Assembly (NCBI RefSeq): GCF_036321535.1
Contig: NC_087436.1
Coordinates: forward strand, 111,044,001-111,108,000
Length of the DNA stretch: 64,000 nt
Direction: 5' to 3'
Source: Camelus dromedarius
Taxonomy: Eukaryota
Part shown: positions 1-11,064 of the stretch, piece by piece
How the letters are laid out: each line of letters opens with the position of its first letter
How positions within the stretch are numbered: position 1 is the first letter of the stretch
Notes under the pieces: model-generated
Seen by the model: only the letters and a program-made list of their open reading frames with translations
Database searches by the model: none
Told to the model about the DNA's origin: nothing
Position numbers and translations under genes: made by a program

Positions 1-640
1 GTTCTTGTTTTCTCTCTGCTGTATTTCTGCAAGTTTTCTAAGCATTCTAGCTTTCTTCAACTTTGTGCATTTTGGTCTTGTGCCACTTGCTGCTTGAGTG
101 ATTTTTTCTGAATGCAAAGCTAATCCTGTCTCTTGACTACTTAAAGTCCTACCATCGCTCTTTCAGGCTTTCAGGCTAAAAATTAACTACTTGGCAAAAT
201 GTGCTGTGCCCTTCGGGATCCATGTCGTGTGCATCTCTCCAGCCTTTCATGTTGCCCTCCTTTCACATCACATTCTTTATTTACCCCATACTTCTTCAAT
301 TTCTAGACATGCTGTTTAAGTTAATTAAAACTTAATAAAATTTAAACCTGTTAAACCTCATTTCCTGTGTTGGATAGCTCAAGTACAGAACATTTCTATC
401 ATTGCACAGAGTTCTGTTGGGTAGTGCTTTCTTGACCATATTAAGCTTTCTTTTCCCTGTTTCTTTATGCATGCTGCTCTCCTTTGCTAAATGTGTAATG
501 TGCCCTTCCTTGTTTTACCTAGCTAACTATCATTCTTCCATTAAGACTCAGTTTGGGTGTTCTCATTTCAGAAAAACCTTCCCTGACACCACCTTTTCTT
601 GTTTCCTCTAACTCCAAAGTCTGAACTCTCACCTTTTGCC
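1..640 (+). mobile_element. Decayed L2 fragment, interrupted at about 305-430 by a MER33/MER3-type hAT fragment
   Basis: L2-like pyrimidine-rich sequence (cattcttccattaagactcag...ccttccctgac). MER33-like end agaacatttctatcattgcacagagttctgttgg. Confidence 0.5.
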
Positions 641-2446
641 TTAATGTTTATTGCATTTAAATTCAGGAGTCAGTGTTTGAAATCAAGATTCTAACAGATA
701 CAAAGTATTGAAATTTTGTATAAATTAAAGTTTTACTCAATATAGTTTTATACTAAATATGGTGCATGTATTTACCACCATAGAAATGAAGGTACTTAAA
801 TGGATCTATCATCTGAGTACTGACTGAAGAAGCACTTCATTAAATAACTATAACCTTAGAAAAAGATAGTTTGTATGTTACGTAGGTCAGAGTTCTCAGA
901 TTTACTACTTGAATGATAATTGCATACATGTAATTAGATTTTAAAACAGAATTGAATCTAGCGAATCAGTTTGTCTGAAGGTAAATTTATAAGCAGAAAA
1001 GCATTGTTATCAGATGTGTTTTCATTATAAAAATATAGTATTAAATTTGTAGCTATTAGGTTGACTTTAATAAATAGCGTTATCATGAGCAGAGTGGGGA
1101 ATGTAGAAAGCATCAGTATGATTACCTACCCTCACTCACGTTTATAATATGGTTGCTCATCAGCAAGTTTTACCTCTACTCTACTTACACACTACTTCCC
1201 ATCGCTCAGCATCGTTTGGCGTATTTCACTTCTGTAATCATTAGTTCAGATATATTTCTGATGTGTATCTGATGAGGAGAGATTAGATTCAGCATTAAGT
1301 TTAGGCCTTCAGAAATGATATTAGTGAGCCAAGCAGAACATAAGAAAGGAAAATGTAATTTTTTTTCGGGGGGAAGACTTTATATTTTTGCCCAGGGCTT
1401 GACTCTTCTTCTGGGAAACACACATTCTCCTTGCCTATTTGTAATAGATTTGGTGGTTATATTTTCCAAACTAAAGATCTGGATGCATCTTCTAAAAAGA
1501 GGTAGGTTTTTTGTTTTGGTTTCCATTTGTTTTGGGGTTTGTTAATCTATCCAACAATATGAGGCTATCATGGGATAGGAAAAGATGCTAAATATTAGAG
1601 TGCCACTTTATAGCTTATGGAAACAGTAGATTTCTCAAGGTATTTCTGATTTCAGATATTCAAATTTAAAAGGAAGGACTACCAGAACCCCAGTTTTCTG
1701 TAGTTTAACTACACTTGACTTGGGTTGGAAAGGCTTCATTGATATATCTTAGATATTTAAATTGTGTGGCACAAATAAGTACAACAGGCATTTAAAGACA
1801 CGTAGATATTAATGAGGAATGGTTTAATTAGGGATACTTTCTTAGAAGACCTAGGTTTAAGTAGACAAAAGAAGGAATGGAAAAGAACAAGAAGTAGAAG
1901 CAAAGAAAAAGGAATGAACAGTGTTTGGGGAATAGTGTTGAGACAGGTTAAGAATACATAACTAGAATAGAGGATTGACTATAGTATGGAAGTTGATTTT
2001 GCCTATCAGGGAAGGCATTAGGGTCATCTGATGAACTCTCCTATAAAATCATTTTCATATGAACACATCACATTGTCCTTATATTTGCTGTCTCATCCTT
2101 TCTGTCTGAAAAGCTTTTTTGAGCATAGTTTTTCTGTGTGTGCTTCTATCATACTTTTTCGAATCATTATTCTATTTCTGTACAAATGGGTCTTTGTTTT
2201 TGAAAATCATGGGGTTTTTAATATGCCACAAGCAAGCACAAAGCTGAGTTACCTTTCCATGCTCATTGATGACTGTGACATCTAATTTTCAGTTTTCCAT
2301 CTTTACTCTAAACTCTGACATCATTCATTTGACTTTATTTCCTTAAAGATAATCCATCAAGCTGTCTAACCTCATAGTTCTTCTAGTTCTTAATAAATAC
2401 CTTCACCTTTCTCTGCTTCAAAAACCATCTCTTACACCATATTAAA

Positions 2447-3307
2447 AATATTTTTGGTGAACTTTATTAAGGTATAATTTATAGAGTACAGTTCTGTGAG
2501 TTCTGACACACTAACAATTGGATAACTAACTCCTCAACAATCAAGATATACACAGTTCCACCATCCCTCAAAGTTCTTTTATGCTCTTTGGTAGTCATTG
2601 CCTTATCCATACCCAAGCACTAGCAACCATTGATTTGATATTTGACCCTATAGTTTTGCTTTTTCCAGAGTATTATGTAAATGGAATCATACAGTATGTA
2701 CTATTGATACTGGCTTCCTTCACTTAACAATATGCATTTAAGATATATCTGTGTTGTTGCACTTATCAGTAGTTTGTTCCTTTTGTTGAGTAGTATTTTC
2801 TTATATCATAGTTTATCCATTCAACAGCTGAAGAACATTGGGTTATTTCCAGTTTGGGGTAATTGTGAATGAAACTCTATGAACATTTGTGAATAGATTT
2901 TTGTATAAATGTAGTTTTCATTTCTGTTGGATAAATATCTTGGAGTGGGATTATTGGATCATGTAGTAGTATGTGTTTAGCTTATTAGAAATTGTCAAAC
3001 TGTTTTTCAAAGTTGTTGCGCTACTTTGCATTCCTCTGTATAATTTGTGAGAAATCCAGTTGCTGTGTATCCTTACCAGCATGTGGTATTAGCAGTTTCT
3101 TTTTAGTCATTCTAATAGGTATGTAGTGAATTCTGCTGAGATTTTAATTTGCGTATCAATGGTGAATGATGTTGAGTACCTCTTCATATGCTAGTTTGCT
3201 ATCCATTTGTCTTTTTGGTAATGTATCTGTTTAAATCTTTTACCCAGTAAAAAATTTTGAGTGGCTTGTTTTCTTAAAAGTTCTTTATATTGTCTAGATA
3301 CAAATTC
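2447..3307 (-). mobile_element. Old L1 (L1MB-type) 3' end
   Basis: Antisense L1 3' UTR/ORF2-end motifs, e.g. aatggaatcatacagtatgta and tcattctaataggtatgtagtg. Confidence 0.8.
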
Positions 3308-4320
3308 TTTTCTTTGAAGTATAGTTGATTTACAATATTATGTTAATTTCAAGTGTACAGCAAAGTGATTCAGATACACATATATGTTCTTTTTCAGATT
3401 TTTTTCCATTACAGGTTATTATAAGGTACTGAATCTAGCTCCCTATGCTATACAGTAAATCCTTGTTGTTTATCTATTTTCTATATGTTAGTGTGTATCT
3501 ATTAATCTCAGACTCCTGATTTATCCCTGCCCACTCCTCTTTCCCCTTTTGTATCTATAGTTTGTTTTCTATGTCTATGAGTCAGTTTCTGGTTTGTAAA
3601 TAAGTTCATTTGTATCTTTTTTGAAGATAAAAGTGTTACCATAAGATATTTGTCTCTGTCTAACTTACTTCACTTAGTATGGGGAATCTCTAGATCCATC
3701 CATGTTGCTGCAAATGGTATTGTTTCATCTCTTTTTATGGCTGAGTAATATTCCATTGTGTGTATATATACTGCATCTTCTTTATTCATTCATCTGTCCA
3801 TGGACATTTAGATTGCTTTCATATCTTGGCTGTTGTAAATAGTGCTGCTGTGAACATTGGGGTGCATGTATCTTTTTGAATTAAGAGTCTTCTCCAGATA
3901 TATGCCCAGGACTAGGATTGCTGGATCTTATGGCAACCCTGTTTTTAGTTTTTTAAGGAACCTCCATACTGTTCTTCATAATGGTTGCATTGATTTACGT
4001 TGCCACCAGCAGTGTAGGAAGGTTTCTTTTTCTTCACATCCTTTGCAGCATTTATTTGTAGGCTTTTAAACTATGGACATTCTTACTGGGGTGAAGTGAT
4101 ACACCTTACTGTAGTTTTGATTTGCATTTCTCTAATTTTTGCTTATTTTTTGATTGGGTTGTTTGTGGTTTTTTTTTATTTTGAATTGTATGAGCTGTTT
4201 TTTATATATTTTGGAAGATAAGTCCCTGTTATTTGCAGTATTCACAATTATTTTTTCCCATTCCATAGATTGTCTTTTCGTTTTGTGTGTGGTTTCCTTT
4301 GGTGTGTTTGATTAGGTCCC
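3308..4320 (-). mobile_element. Younger, lineage-specific L1 3' end
   Basis: Starts at a T-rich tail (tttctttgaagtatagttgatttacaat); well-preserved antisense ORF2 C-terminus (gctgcaaatggtatt, atatatgcccaggactaggattgctgg). Confidence 0.85.
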
Positions 4321-4329
4321 CCTAAATGG

Positions 4330-7070
4330 GAAAATATCTTTTATATTTCCTTTCATCTTAACCATTTTGAGGGAATCTTCATTTCTTTGTGTAGATCCAA
4401 ATGTCTGGGTGGTAACATTCTTTTTTCTGAAGACTTTCACATTTCTTCTGATTATTTTTCAGTTTTTGTTTGTCAAAAGTGTCTTTATTTCACCTTTATT
4501 TTTGAAACATATTTTTGCTGTGTATAGAATTCTGGGTTGACAGTTTCAGCACTCTAAAGGTGACACTGCATTGTCTTCTGGCTTGCATAGTTTTGGATGT
4601 GAAGTGTGTTATAATTCTTCTCTTTCTTCTTGTGTGTTATTTAGGGTATTACCAGTTCTGTTCAACAGTAACTGGAGGCCTTAGCCAAAACAATAAAATT
4701 AAGGCGTAAAAAAGCACAATGACTTAAAATTACAATTGTAGTTTTCCTCAGGTGTTTGTATATAAAAATGTAAGAGAATCTATAGATAAATTATTAAAAC
4801 TGTTAGATGAGCTGAGCAAATTTACTGGATAGAAATTGGCCACATCTATGTACATCAAAAGGAAATGAGTTTTTTTTTTTTTAAGTTAACATTTTTAGTT
4901 GACCATAAAAACTATAAAGTAAGAAAGAATAACTCCAATAAATGATATGATAGACCTTAGTTAAGAAAATCATTCGGTGGTATTGAATATTTTTAAAAAA
5001 TCATAAAATGGTAATCTTTAACATATTGTGGTATTCACTTAGGAGTAGACAAACAGATCATTGAAGGGCCTAAAAACAGATCCACCAAAAAACGGTTGAG
5101 AAATTGGACCTAATCAAAGTTACAAGCTTTTTGTGCTTCAATAGACATTATCAGAAATGGGAAAAGACAATTCACAGACTTGTAGGAAATATTTACAAGT
5201 GGATCATATATCTGATAAAGGACCTATATCTGTAAGAACTTTTACAGCTCAGTAATGAAAAGATAAATAACCCAATTAAAAAATAAGCAAAGCATTTGAG
5301 TAGACATTTAACTGAAGAACATATGAATTACTGATAAGCTCATAAAAAGATGTTCAACATCATGAGTCACTAGAAAAATGAGATACCACTTCATACTAAC
5401 TAAAATGGCTATAATTGAAAAGACAAGTGTTGATAAAACTGTAGAGAAATTGCTGGTGGGAGTATAAAATGGTCCAACTACTTTGGAAAACAGTTTGGCA
5501 GTTTCTTAAAATGTTAAACATAGAAATATCATATGGATCCAGAAATTTCATTTCTATGTGCCTTCCCAATAGAAATGAAAATGTATGTCTTCAGCTGTTT
5601 ACAACCCAAAGTTCCATCAGTTGTCAAATGGATGTATAAATGTGGTGACATACAACTACATGCTACAACATAGATGAACCTCAAAGACGTTATACTTAGT
5701 GGAAGAAGACAGATACTAAATAGCACGTATTATATGATTTTATTTATTTGAAATAACCAGAAAATGCAAACTTACAGAGATAAGAAGTAGATTGATTTGT
5801 ACCTGGGGCTGGGGGTAGGAATGAGGAGACTCTAAATGGGTACAAGTTTTCTTTTGGAGGTGATGGAATGTTCTAACATTAGATTTGGTGATGACTGTAC
5901 ATCTCTGTACAATATATATTAAAATGATTGAATTATGTACTTACAATGAGTGAATTTTATGGTAGGAAATTATACCTCAATAAAATATTAATTTTAAAAA
6001 TCCAGACTTACATTCTGTGATTTCATGGGACATGAAAGTAGCCTTACTAATCAATTGAGATGGAATGGTGCTTGGGATAAAATTGTAGTTCTATATTAGA
6101 CTGTTCATAAAAATGAATTCTGGTGGATTAAAGAACTACATATAGCAAAAGTTCAAAATTTTATGCATACTCATAAAAATAATTATCTTTCAAAATTTTT
6201 CTTATACAAGAAAATGTACAAACCATAGCACAAAATACAAAAAAAAAGTTTGTCTATGCTACATTAAAACAAGACAAAGCAGGTGGAGGGTGTATAGCTC
6301 AGTGACAGAGTGCATAATTAGCATGCACAAGGTTCTGGGTTCAATTCCGAGTACCTCATTTTAAATAATAAATAAATCTAATCCCTGCCCCATAAAAGAC
6401 AAACAAAAAAGCAACACAAAGCAAAAAAAAAAAAACTATGAAAAAAATATTGCAGATCAACTATACTTCAGAAAACCCCCACAAAACTTCTGTTTTGAGA
6501 GAACAGAATGAAAAGTTAAGCCATAACTGGGGTGGGGGGTGTGCAATTTATGAAATTGGTAATTATTACCCAGAATACATAAAACTGATTTGATTTTTTT
6601 TTTTGAAAAACCAACAGTCCAATTGAAAATTGGCAAAAGGACAATCTGTAAATAACATTTCAATATATGCTAACTTTTAGTAGTAATTAGGGAACTGCAA
6701 ATTAAAATGGTAAGTGATTTTATGTTCATGTGTTTGACAAATATAAAGCCTGATAATACCAAGTTGGTGAGTATTTGGGGAAAACAGGAACTCTTAAACA
6801 TAGCTGATAAAATATTAAGATCTTTAACCATATAATGCAATATCTAGTAAAGTTGAGAATGGTCATAACTTAGGGCCAAGTAGTTCCACTTAGAGACTTC
6901 TACCCAAAAGAAGCTCTAACACTTGGACAGGAAGACACATTTATGAGGATTTTTGATGCAGCTCTGTTTGTAATAACAAAAAAAGTGAAAAGTCACACAG
7001 CTCTCAATAGAGAAATGGATAAACTGCATGTATCTATATAAATGAACTCTGTATTATAGTCAGACTGAAC
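4330..7070. mobile_element. Mosaic of old L1 fragments (minus about 4330-4640; plus about 4650-7070, including a 3' end near 6000)
   Basis: ORF2 C-terminal motifs (actttggaaaacagtttggcagtttctt) and the 3' terminus ttatacctcaataaa. Confidence 0.7.
6282..6410 (+). mobile_element. tRNA-derived SINE (camelid vic-1-like)
   Basis: Box A tagctcagtgac, box B ggttcaattcc, A-rich tail, imperfect flanking duplication aagacaaagca/aacacaaagca. Confidence 0.8.
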
Positions 7071-7579
7071 TAGGAATTTTGGTTTTTGGTAAGGGTGATC
7101 TGAGTTATCTAGATCAATCCTTATGTTGCAAAGTATGAAAAATGCTTGAGTAGAACTTTTTTTTTTTTAAGAGCTGCAAAGATAATTGGGAATACCTAGG
7201 TTAATGTTAGTGGTAAGAAGAAAATAAGGGGTGAAAAGCTGTTTAAGCTTGAGGTCATTTGTCATATTTGTGCTTTCCTGGCCAACTAGGGAAGAGGATC
7301 AGAATTCAAATCCTAGGGCTTGTCCAAGGTAGATACCCTTATAGGATATCTATAGAAATTAAGCTGGACTTCAGAAGGCCTTGCCTTCAGGGTAAAAGCA
7401 ACCAGGCCTAAATGTCCTTTTCCCCTGAAGTCCCAGGAGGAGGTTACCTGTTGATCAGAGCAGGAAAAGGAAAAAGTAAAGGAGAAAAATACCTGAGATT
7501 GAACATGTCACAAACTGGCCTTCTAACAGATCTGTACCCTGAGGTAATCAAGGAACCTCAGGCCATGAAATTAAAGTGT

Positions 7580-7943
7580 TGCTGTGACCTAAATATTTGT
7601 GTCTCTCCAAAATTGCTAGGTCGAAACTTAATGGCCAAAGTGGTGATATTTGCAGGTGGGACTTTCAGGAAGTGATGAGGCCATGAAGGTGGAACTCTCA
7701 TGAATGGGATTAGTGTCTTTATAAAAGAGGCCCCAGAGAGATAGCTTGCCCCCTTCACTATGTGAGGACACATGGAGAAGCTGGCATTCTGTAACCTGAA
7801 AGAGAGCCTTCACCAGAGTCTGACTGTGCTAGCAGCCTGGTCTTAGAATTCCAGCCTGCAGAACTGTGAGAAATAAATGTTTGATTTTTATAAGCCACTC
7901 AGTCTCTGGTATTTTGTTATAACAGCCTGAATAAACTAAGACA
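7580..7943 (+). mobile_element. MaLR solo LTR (MLT1A/MLT1A0-like), 364 bp
   Basis: TG...CA termini, internal aataaa, perfect 5-bp TSD AGTGT (7575-7579 and 7944-7948). Confidence 0.88.
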
Positions 7944-7945
7944 AG

Positions 7946-8440
7946 TGTATATTAGTTTCCTACTTCTCTTGTAGCAAATTAACACAAATTTAGTGGCTTA
8001 AGACCACACTAATATATTAGCTTACCGTTCTGGAGGTCAGAGTCTGAGATGGGCTTCCATGGGCTAAAATCAAGTTGTTGACAGGGCTGTGCTTCTTTAT
8101 GAAGGCTCTAGGGCAGAATCCATTGTCTTGTGTTTTCCAGCTTTTAAAGGTTGCCTACCTTCCATGTATTGTTGTCCCTTTCCATCTTCAAAGTGGTGGT
8201 TAGTCATTCTCCTGATGCCATCTCTCATTCTGACTCTTCTGCCTCCCTGTTCCCAATTTAAAAATCCTTATGATTATATTGGGTCCACCAGGTTAATCTT
8301 ATCTTAAGGTCAGTGATTAGGTACCTTAATAATACCTGCAACCTTAATTCCTCCTTGCCATGTAACATAATTTATTCATGGATAATGAGTATTGGAACAT
8401 GGACATCTCTGTGGAGCCTTTCATTATTCTACTTATCACA
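7946..8440 (-). mobile_element. MaLR solo LTR (MLT1C/D-like)
   Basis: tattagtttcct...gttctggaggtcagagtctgagatggg...ttgccatgtaacata matches antisense MLT1. Confidence 0.8.
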
Positions 8441-9041
8441 AGATGGTTTCTAATTGACAGTGCCCTTAGATGTTTTCTGGAAACAAATGATAAGCATCTT
8501 TGGAGGAAGAGGGTACATCCATCCTAGGCATTAGGGAGTTTTTAATCTTTTGGGAGCAAAGCCAGTAAGTACTGCATTAACTGCAGAAAGAAGCAAGGCA
8601 AGATGAGCAGAAACCATTAGATAGCAGAATAGACCCATACAACATATAATATTGGAATGATCAGATACTGATTTTTTAAATGACTGTACTTACCATACTT
8701 AAAGAAATTACAGACCTAAATATCTGCAAGGACTGGGGAGCTGTAAAAAAAGATGTTAAATATTTTAAAAGAACATTGTAAAAGTTGTTAAAATTACTGA
8801 AATCAACAAGTCAGGGAATGAACTTCTCCCTCTTATGGGACAAACAGAAAACAAATAAGATAGTAGATATAAACCCAGTCATACTGTTAATTACATTAAA
8901 TGTTATCTAAACACTTCATTTAAAAAGCAGAGATTTACACTGGATAAAGGTGAAAGATTCAACTATATGTTTTCTATAAGAAGCTCAATGTAAATATAAA
9001 GACATAAATAGGTTAAAAGTTAAAGGATGGAAAAAGACATA

Positions 9042-11064
9042 CCATTGACCCTTAAACAATGAGTGGGTTGGGGGTGTTGACTCTCTACACTGCTGAAAAT
9101 CCAAGTATAACTTATAGTTGGCCCTCCATACTGTCCTCCATAGTGGCTGCACCAGTCTACACTCCCACCAACAGTGTAGGAGGGTTCCCCTTTCTCCACA
9201 CCCTCTCAAGCATCTATCATTTGTAGATTTTTCTATGATGGCCATTCTGGCTGGTGTGAGGTGATATCTCATTGTAGTTTTGATCTGTATTTCTCTGACA
9301 ATTAGCGATGCCGAGCATTTTTTCATATGCCTATTGGCCATTTGTATGTCTTCACTGGAGAATTGGTTGTTTAGGTCTTTTGCCCATTTTTATTGGGTTG
9401 CTTGTTTCTTTGATATTAAGGTATATGAGCTTATATGTATACTGTATATTTTGGAAATTAGTCCCTTATCAGTCACATCACTTGCAAATACTTTCTCCCA
9501 TTCTGTAGGTTGTCTATTCATTTTGTTGATGGTATCCTTAGCTGTGCAAAAGCTTTTAAGTTTAATTAGATCCTATTTGTTTATTTTTGCTTTTATTTCC
9601 AATATTCCAGGAGCTGGCTCAAAACATATATTGCTGTAATGTATGTCTGCGAGTGTTCTACCTGTGTTTTCCTCTAGGAGTTTTATAGTATCTGGTCTTA
9701 AATTTAGGTCTTTAATCCATTTTGAGTATATTTTTGTACATAGTGTTAGAGAATGTTCTAATTTCAGTCTTTTACTGGTAACTGTCTAGTTTTCCCAGCA
9801 CCACCTGGTGAAGAGACTGTCTTTTCTCCATTGTTTATTCTTGCCTCCTTTGTGGTAGATTGACCATATATGTGTGGGTTTATTTCTGGACTTTCTATCC
9901 TGTTCCATTGATCTCTGTGTCTGTTTTTGTGCCAGTACCATACGGTTTTGATTACTGTCTGAAGTCAGGGAGCATGATTCCCCCAGCTCCATTCTTCTTT
10001 TTGAAGATTGTTTTGGCTATTCTGGGTCTTTTGAGTTTCCATACAAATTTTAACATTTTTTATTCCAGCTCTGTGAAGAATGTCGTTGGTAACTTGATAG
10101 GGACTACACTGAATCTGTAAATTGCCTTGGGCAGTATGGTCATTTTAACAATATTGATTCTTCCAATCCAAGAAAATGGAGGACAGTGTGGAGATTACTT
10201 AAAAAACTGAAAATAGACTTAACATGTGATCCAGCAATCCCATTCCTGGGCATATATCTGGAGAAAAATAAAATTCAAAAAGACACATGCACCCCAGTGT
10301 TCATAGCAGCACAATTTATGATAGCCAAGACATGGAAACAACCCAAATGCCCATCAACAGATGACTGGATAAAGAAGATGTGGTACATATATACATTGGA
10401 ACACTACTTAGCCATAAAAAAGAAGAAAATAATTGCAGCAATTTGGATGGACCTGAAGATGATCATTCTAAGTGAAGTGGGCCAGAAAGAGAAAGAAAAA
10501 TGTCATATGACATCATTTGTATGAGGAATCTAAAAAAATAATAATAATAAGGACACAAATGTACTACTTATTATTTGTAACTAAGATGATTGATTTCTTG
10601 AATATGTGCAAGCACATCTGACTGTTCTTTATGATTGGATTACCACATTCTGTTGATTCTTATTTTGTAGTTGGCTTTATTCCTTTGATAACTATGTAAG
10701 TTTAAAAAGCTAAAGATCTAATCTGTTCTTAGAAACAATAATTAGCACATATATGTAAATTTAAAATGTGTAGTATACTGTATGTATGTATTTACATGCA
10801 ATGTATTGTGTATGTGCAGTCAAACTGTAGTAATTCTACCTAATAAAACTGAAAAAGGAGAAAAAGAAATTGATCAAAGAAACTAGAAAAAAAAGAAAAT
10901 TTACAGTTGGCCCTCTGTGTCTGTGGTTCCTCCATATCTGTGGTTCAGCATCCGTGGATTTAACCACCAGCAGATTTTGTAGTTCTATAGTATTTACCAA
11001 TGAAAACAATCCACCTATAAATGGACCCATGCAGTTCAATTCTGTGTTGTTTGAGGGTCAACTG
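9042..11064. mobile_element. MER8/Tigger2-type MITE split in two (9042-9126 and 10898-11064) by an L1
   Basis: Terminal inverted repeats ttgacccttaaacaa / ttgtttgagggtcaactg; TA at 9040-9041; the two halves form one continuous element. Confidence 0.8.
9127..10897. mobile_element. 5'-inverted (twin-primed) L1: minus 9127-10175, plus 10176-10897
   Basis: ORF2 peptides on opposite strands (8985..9341 minus; 10186..10524 plus). 18-bp TSD at 9109-9126 and 10898-10915 with 2 mismatches. Confidence 0.9.
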
